A stretch of 64,000 bases of DNA, taken from the NCBI GenBank assembly GCA_038248985.1, contig JBBRWV010000002.1, positions 278 through 64,277 on the forward strand. Direction: 5' to 3'. This document shows, one piece after another, positions 59,529 to 64,000 of the stretch; within the stretch, counting starts at the first letter, position 1; each line of letters starts with the position of its first letter. The DNA comes from Phycisphaerae bacterium (GTDB lineage Bacteria; Planctomycetota; Phycisphaerae; WQYP01). Below the pieces are notes generated by a model. The model worked only from the letters and a program-made list of their open reading frames with translations. It did not search any database and was not told where the DNA came from. The position numbers and the translations under genes are program-made.

Positions 59529-60392
59529 TCATTCCGTAGGCAACTCGCCAGATCCCAGCACATGCGCCCCCTCACCCTTCCGCGCAATCACCACCGCACC
59601 TACCAACGCAATCGTCAACAAGATGCCCGCCAACTCCAGCGACAACGCATACTTCGAATACAAATTCACACCCACCACCTGGATCCCGCTCGGCGGATTC
59701 AACACCGACGCCTCCCGACCCTTCGGCATCGTCGCCGGACCCTCCTTTACCCCCGTTACCCCCCCACTACCCCCCCCTGCACCCCCACTTACCCCCTCTA
59801 TCACCCCCAAATTAAGAGCCATCAACCGGTCATGACCCCCCAAATTCTCCTCCGCAATCACCTTCCCACCCACCGGAAACAACGCCTGCAACACCGCCCC
59901 AATCAACAAAAACGCCGCCAGCGTCGCAAAAAACGGCTCGCTCGCCCGCCGATCATACTCCGCCGCCTCCACCTTCCCCTGCCCCTGACTCGCCAGCATG
60001 ATCACAAATACATACGTCACCAAAATCGCGCCGGCATAAATGATCACCAGCACAATCGCCATAAACTCTGCTAGCAACAGCACAAACATCCCCGCACCCG
60101 CCAGCGTGATCAGCACAAAATACAACGCCGCATACACCGGCTTCGGCTGCGTCACCACCCCCACCGCCCCGCCTATCATGATTAACCCAAACAAGTAAAA
60201 ATAAATCGGCGGCCCACCCACCTCCACCAAATGCTGCTCCGCCACCGTTCGCAACAAATATAAAAATAACCCCACCAACGCCATCCCACCCAGCAGCAAT
60301 CCCAGCCGCGCCAACGTCGCCTTCCCCCGGGGAAGCATCAAATACAGGCCAATCGCACCAAGCGCGGTCGCTGCCAATAGGGCGTAATTCAT
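59529..60392 (-). CDS. nuoJ: NADH-quinone oxidoreductase subunit J with an extended Gly-rich C-terminal tail. The start is taken at MNYALLA; the ORF track extends to 60449.
   Basis: NuoJ/ND6-like TM core 'LYFVLITLAGAGMFVLLLAEFMAIVLVIIYAGAILVTYVFVIML'. The C-terminal ~100 aa are an atypical extension containing 'GVSGGAGGGSGGVTGV'. Confidence 0.7.
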   Translation of the reverse strand: MNYALLAATALGAIGLYLMLPRGKATLARLGLLLGGMALVGLFLYLLRTVAEQHLVEVGGPPIYFYLFGLIMIGGAVGVVTQPKPVYAALYFVLITLAGAGMFVLLLAEFMAIVLVIIYAGAILVTYVFVIMLASQGQGKVEAAEYDRRASEPFFATLAAFLLIGAVLQALFPVGGKVIAEENLGGHDRLMALNLGVIEGVSGGAGGGSGGVTGVKEGPATMPKGREASVLNPPSGIQVVGVNLYSKYALSLELAGILLTIALVGAVVIARKGEGAHVLGSGELPTE

Positions 60393-60536
60393 ATCCGCTC
60401 GCGTCCTGAAATTCATCGCAGCGCCCGGCACATTCGTTCCCGGACGCAAGATTTCGGATTATCGTGCAAAGCAAATCATTTGCAAGGCGCGCCAACCCTC
60501 GCCCCTCACCTCCCCGCCTCACCCCAACCCCACTCC

Positions 60537-60950
60537 CTAACTCTCCTTCTGCGCCTCCGCCACCGTCGTCGCCTCAATCTTCACGGTCAGCACCGCCGCC
60601 GTCCGAGTCTGCAACGTCACCGTCACCGCCATCCCTACCTGAATATCCGCCAACTTCGCCGCTTTCCCATCCACCACAATTCGCGTCTGCGCCCGCACCT
60701 CCGCCTTATTCTTCCGCTCCTCCCCCTTCTCATTTTTCCCCACGTAATGAACCGCGCGTCCCTCCACCGATGTCACCACCCCCTTCTCCTCCACCAGCCC
60801 CTCCGTCGCCCCCCACGCCGCACCTCCCGCCAAACTCACGCTCCCCGCCAACACCGCCATCACCACCCCACAACTACGCCACCCGTTCCGCATCTGCATC
60901 TCCTGCCAAGAAATAATCCCACTCCCGCAATTCCCCCCCCTCCTACTCAT
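60537..60950 (-). CDS. Small secreted or periplasmic hypothetical protein (signal peptide + beta-rich domain).
   Basis: 'MRNGWRSCGVVMAVLAGSVSLAGGAAWGA' signal peptide. 'KLADIQVGMAVTVTL' core. It is divergent from a similar gene at 61072. Confidence 0.45.
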   Translation of the reverse strand: MSRRGGNCGSGIISWQEMQMRNGWRSCGVVMAVLAGSVSLAGGAAWGATEGLVEEKGVVTSVEGRAVHYVGKNEKGEERKNKAEVRAQTRIVVDGKAAKLADIQVGMAVTVTLQTRTAAVLTVKIEATTVAEAQKES

Positions 60951-61071
60951 AACCAGACCAAAGCCCTCTCCTCAAATCCCTCTACGCACCCCTTTCATCG
61001 CAAGATCCAAACCTCCCCCCCGTTTATCCCCCGTGTCTACAATTCACCTCTAACCCCAAGGAGTCCAAACC

Positions 61072-61461
61072 GTGCGTGAAAACCGACTCATCTGCCGCAT
61101 GATGGTGGCCATCATGATGGCCACCGCCGCCGCCGCCTACGCCGCCGATCACAAAGAAGGCGACAAAGGCACCTTCGCCGGCACCGTCACCGAAAAAGGT
61201 GACAACTGGTTCCGCGCCAAAAACGAAACCGCCTCCGAACGCTTCATGCCCCAATGGCACGGCGGAAACCCCGCCGACGGTGGCGGCCTCGACAAAGACA
61301 TCCTCGCCCAAATCAAAGCCCTCAAGGTCGGCGACAAAGTCGAAGTCAAATGGGAATACAGCGAGCGACTCCGTGCCCTCGAAATCACCGTCACCACTCC
61401 CGCCCCCAAAGAAACCCCTAAAGACACTCCCAAGGAAACGCCCAAGGAAAATCCCCAATAA
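61072..61461 (+). CDS. Small secreted hypothetical protein with a C-terminal PKETPKDTPKETPKENP repeat tail.
   Basis: Signal peptide 'MMVAIMMATAAAAYAA'. 'KALKVGDKVEVKWEYSERLRALEITV' core, similar to the divergent neighbour. The (TPKE/D)n low-complexity tail is read directly. Confidence 0.5.
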   Translation: MRENRLICRMMVAIMMATAAAAYAADHKEGDKGTFAGTVTEKGDNWFRAKNETASERFMPQWHGGNPADGGGLDKDILAQIKALKVGDKVEVKWEYSERLRALEITVTTPAPKETPKDTPKETPKENPQ

Positions 61462-61624
61462 CTTCCCTCGACTTCACACCCCACCACTCCCCTGAAAATT
61501 CCCTGCGGGTTCTGACCTCTCAGAACCCGCTTTCTTTGCGCCACTCACCCCTTTTCAAGCATCCCGCTCACTTTTTCCCCCTTCCTGTCGATACTCCTCT
61601 TGTCTGAAACAGTGAGGGCCTTCA

Positions 61625-62116
61625 ATGTCTATCTTCCAAATCTGCTACGCCAGCCGCGCCACCGCCCCCATGTCCCACGAAGACCTCACCGCCCTCCTTC
61701 TAAAATCACGCCCCGCCAACCACGCCCTCGGCATCTCCGGCCTCCTCCTCTACGACCAAGGCTCCTTCATCCAACTCCTCGAAGGTCCCCCAGACACCGT
61801 CAATTCCGTCTGCGCCAAAATCCGCCGCGACCCCCGCCATGACAGCATCCAGATTCTCTACAAAGACACCGTTGAAAAACCCGCCTTCCCCGACTGGGCC
61901 ATGGGCTTCTGCGACCTCGGCAACAAATCCCTCCAACGCCTCCCCGGTTATTCCAACTTCTTCAACCCCGACTTCTCCTTCGCCGACTTCCGCCGCAACG
62001 TCGAAAAAACCCGCCTCCTCTTCCTCCAATTCCGCGATGGAATGTGGCGCCGTAAACTCGACTTCCAACCCATCAACGCCTTCACCGCCCCCCGCTCCCT
62101 CACCCCCGTCACCTGA
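61625..62116 (+). CDS. BLUF-domain protein (short blue-light FAD photoreceptor, PixD/BlrB-like).
   Basis: 'IFQICYASRATAPMSHEDLTALLLKSRPANHALGISGLLLYDQGSFIQLLEGPPDTV' carries the conserved BLUF Tyr (YxS), the Asn, the 'TG/SG.LLY' segment, the Gln of 'FiQxLEG', and the downstream Trp/Met 'DWAMGF'. Confidence 0.8.
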   Translation: MSIFQICYASRATAPMSHEDLTALLLKSRPANHALGISGLLLYDQGSFIQLLEGPPDTVNSVCAKIRRDPRHDSIQILYKDTVEKPAFPDWAMGFCDLGNKSLQRLPGYSNFFNPDFSFADFRRNVEKTRLLFLQFRDGMWRRKLDFQPINAFTAPRSLTPVT

Positions 62117-62145
62117 CCCCCTCACCCCTGCCCCACCCCAGCCCC

Positions 62146-62847
62146 TCACACCCACCGCACCATCTCCTCCAGCGGAAACCGCCCCCGCTTCGTCTTCCCC
62201 TCCGCCGAATACCCCACCGGCATCATCAGCACCACCACCTTCTCCCGCCCAATCCCCAAAATCTTCTTCACCCGGCTCTCATCAAAACCCTCCATCGGGC
62301 ACGTCCCCAATCCCCCGCTCGCCGCCGCCAACATAAAATTCATCGCCGCCAAACTCACCTGCTTCGCCAACCAATACCTTCGGTGTATCGCCGGCAACTC
62401 CGGCGTCGCCGTCATCATCCGCCGCAGCGGCACCAACGTGCTCTTCCATGCCCACCCCAACCCCACCGGACCCGTCCCAAACGCCAGCGGCACAAACTTA
62501 TGCAGCGATGCCCGATATTTCGGATGCATCGCCCCCTCCTTCTCCTCATGCTCGATCATCTTCCGCAAATTCCGATCCGCCACCCGCCGATCCCCCACAA
62601 AAACCACCGTCGCCGGCGCATCCTCGATCTGCCGCTGCCCCATGCACGCCGCCCGCAAACGCTTCCGCACCGCCAAATCCGTCACCACCACCAACTGCGT
62701 CGGCTGCAAGTTGTACCCGCTCGGCGCCCACCGCGTCGCCTCCAACACCTTCAGCAACAACTCCCGCGGAATCTCCTCCCCCTTAAAATTCCGTACGCTC
62801 CGCCGCCCCTTCGCCAACTCCAAAAACCCATCAATCGAAACCGCCAC
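62146..62847 (-). CDS. Nitroreductase-family FMN-dependent oxidoreductase.
   Basis: 'RRSVRNFKGEEIPRELLLKVLEATRWAPSGYNLQPTQLVVV' is the classic nitroreductase N-terminal motif. Confidence 0.75.
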   Translation of the reverse strand: MAVSIDGFLELAKGRRSVRNFKGEEIPRELLLKVLEATRWAPSGYNLQPTQLVVVTDLAVRKRLRAACMGQRQIEDAPATVVFVGDRRVADRNLRKMIEHEEKEGAMHPKYRASLHKFVPLAFGTGPVGLGWAWKSTLVPLRRMMTATPELPAIHRRYWLAKQVSLAAMNFMLAAASGGLGTCPMEGFDESRVKKILGIGREKVVVLMMPVGYSAEGKTKRGRFPLEEMVRWV

Positions 62848-63176
62848 ACCCTGCTCCTAAAAAATCGCACAATCCCCATTGTAATATCGATTCCCATTTT
62901 CCGGCGGCTACAAAATGTCACCAACTGAAATCCCTTCCCCCCTTCACTTATCTCCTCTTCGCCATCAAACACAAGCACCGCTGGCGATTACGTGCCCTAC
63001 AAATAGGCCATTACGGCCAACCGATTGTCCTCTACCGCCAGCGCCTGACCCCTGCCCTCTCACCCCTGACCCCCCGACATTCGTCTTTCGCCATTTTCCA
63101 TCCCGCCTCCCCCTCCACCGCGCGGTATACTACCCCCTTCACCCGTCTCCCCCTCGCGCGCTCAAGAGGCCCCTAC

Positions 63177-63944
63177 ATGACCCCCGATGAATTCAAACAC
63201 ATCGTCAACAACCCCCACTTCATCCCCGGCATCTTCAACTACTGCGACCGCTGGTGCGAACGCTGCCGCTTCACCGAACGCTGCTCCGTCTACGCCACCT
63301 CCGAAGCCGCCGGCGTCGGCGAAGGCCGCAACACCACCATGAAAGCCTCCATCAAACACACCGCCGAAATATTCAAACTCAGCCTCCAAATGCTCGAAGA
63401 ACAACTCCAAAAAGAAGGCATCAACCTCCACGAAGTCCGCGAACAAGTCCGCGCCGAACCCGCCATCCCCGCCCCGCCCCACGCCCCCTACTGCCGCGCC
63501 GCCAAAAAATACATCACCTTCGTCAACCGCTGGTTCGACGGCCGACGCGACACCTTCCACCTCAAAGGACTCGCCCTCGCCAAAGCCGCCGAGCTCGGCC
63601 TCCCCGATACCGACCCCGTCGCCGACGTCGCCCGCCTCCGCGACGCCATCGACGTCATCCGCTGGTACCAGCACCTCATCTACATCAAACTCCGCCGCGC
63701 CTCCCGCAGCGATGACTTCGACGACGATCAAGACTCCCAAGCCTCCGCCAAAATCGCCCTCATCGGCCTCGACAACTCCATCGCCGCCTGGCACGCCCTC
63801 GCCGCCCTCCTCCCCAACCGCCAAGCCGAAATCCAAAAAACCACCGCCTCCCTCGACCGCCTCCGCAAATCCGTCGAAACCGCCCTCCCCCAAGCCCGCG
63901 CCTTCCTCCGCCCCGGCTTCGACGACCTCCCCAAACGCCCCTAA
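63177..63944 (+). CDS. Hypothetical protein with an N-terminal 4-Cys cluster.
   Basis: 'CDRWCERCRFTERC' (CxxxCxxC...C). The remainder is helical. No family recognised. Confidence 0.35.
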   Translation: MTPDEFKHIVNNPHFIPGIFNYCDRWCERCRFTERCSVYATSEAAGVGEGRNTTMKASIKHTAEIFKLSLQMLEEQLQKEGINLHEVREQVRAEPAIPAPPHAPYCRAAKKYITFVNRWFDGRRDTFHLKGLALAKAAELGLPDTDPVADVARLRDAIDVIRWYQHLIYIKLRRASRSDDFDDDQDSQASAKIALIGLDNSIAAWHALAALLPNRQAEIQKTTASLDRLRKSVETALPQARAFLRPGFDDLPKRP

Positions 63945-64000
63945 CCCCTGACCCGTCTCCGTGCTTCTTGCTCCCCCCCTCGTGCCTGAACCTTGAACCT

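Noticed and set aside
1-64000. Mobile elements, prophage, CRISPR arrays, rRNA/tRNA genes.
   Set aside because: No integrase, transposase or terminase-like ORFs were found. There are no long direct repeats with spacers and no rRNA-like conserved blocks.

Overview
High-GC bacterial chromosomal window whose gene content points to a Planctomycetota-like genome. It carries a DUF1549/DUF1553 + DUF1501 gene pair, a fused PilM/PilN protein, a very large secretin, many glycoside hydrolases and proline-rich bitopic proteins. Most of the window is housekeeping: gyrA, rho, rph, argF, aspC, ald, the distal NADH dehydrogenase genes nuoJKLMN, and an orphan atpC. Mixed in are carbohydrate genes (GH4, GH78, a GH29-like protein, xylose isomerase, a hexose-6-P mutarotase), a type-IV-pilus-like pilM/N-O-P-Q operon, an mcsA-mcsB protein-arginine-kinase pair, a two-component system with a sigma-54 activator, and a BLUF photoreceptor. 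I see no phage, IS, CRISPR or rRNA/tRNA genes. High GC produces many long antisense 'shadow' ORFs, which I ignore. The loci most worth a second look are: (1) a cytosine deaminase / ThiF-like E1 / N-acyltransferase-like+TPR gene cluster in which an in-frame TAG splits the TPR protein (13.5-16.3 kb); (2) an AT-rich (AAC/AAT)13 poly-Asn microsatellite inside the secretin gene; (3) an mcsAB pair with no clpC; (4) an orphan ATP synthase epsilon gene; (5) a BLUF locus flanked by divergent paralogous small periplasmic proteins; (6) a long rho leader carrying a perfect 12-bp palindrome.
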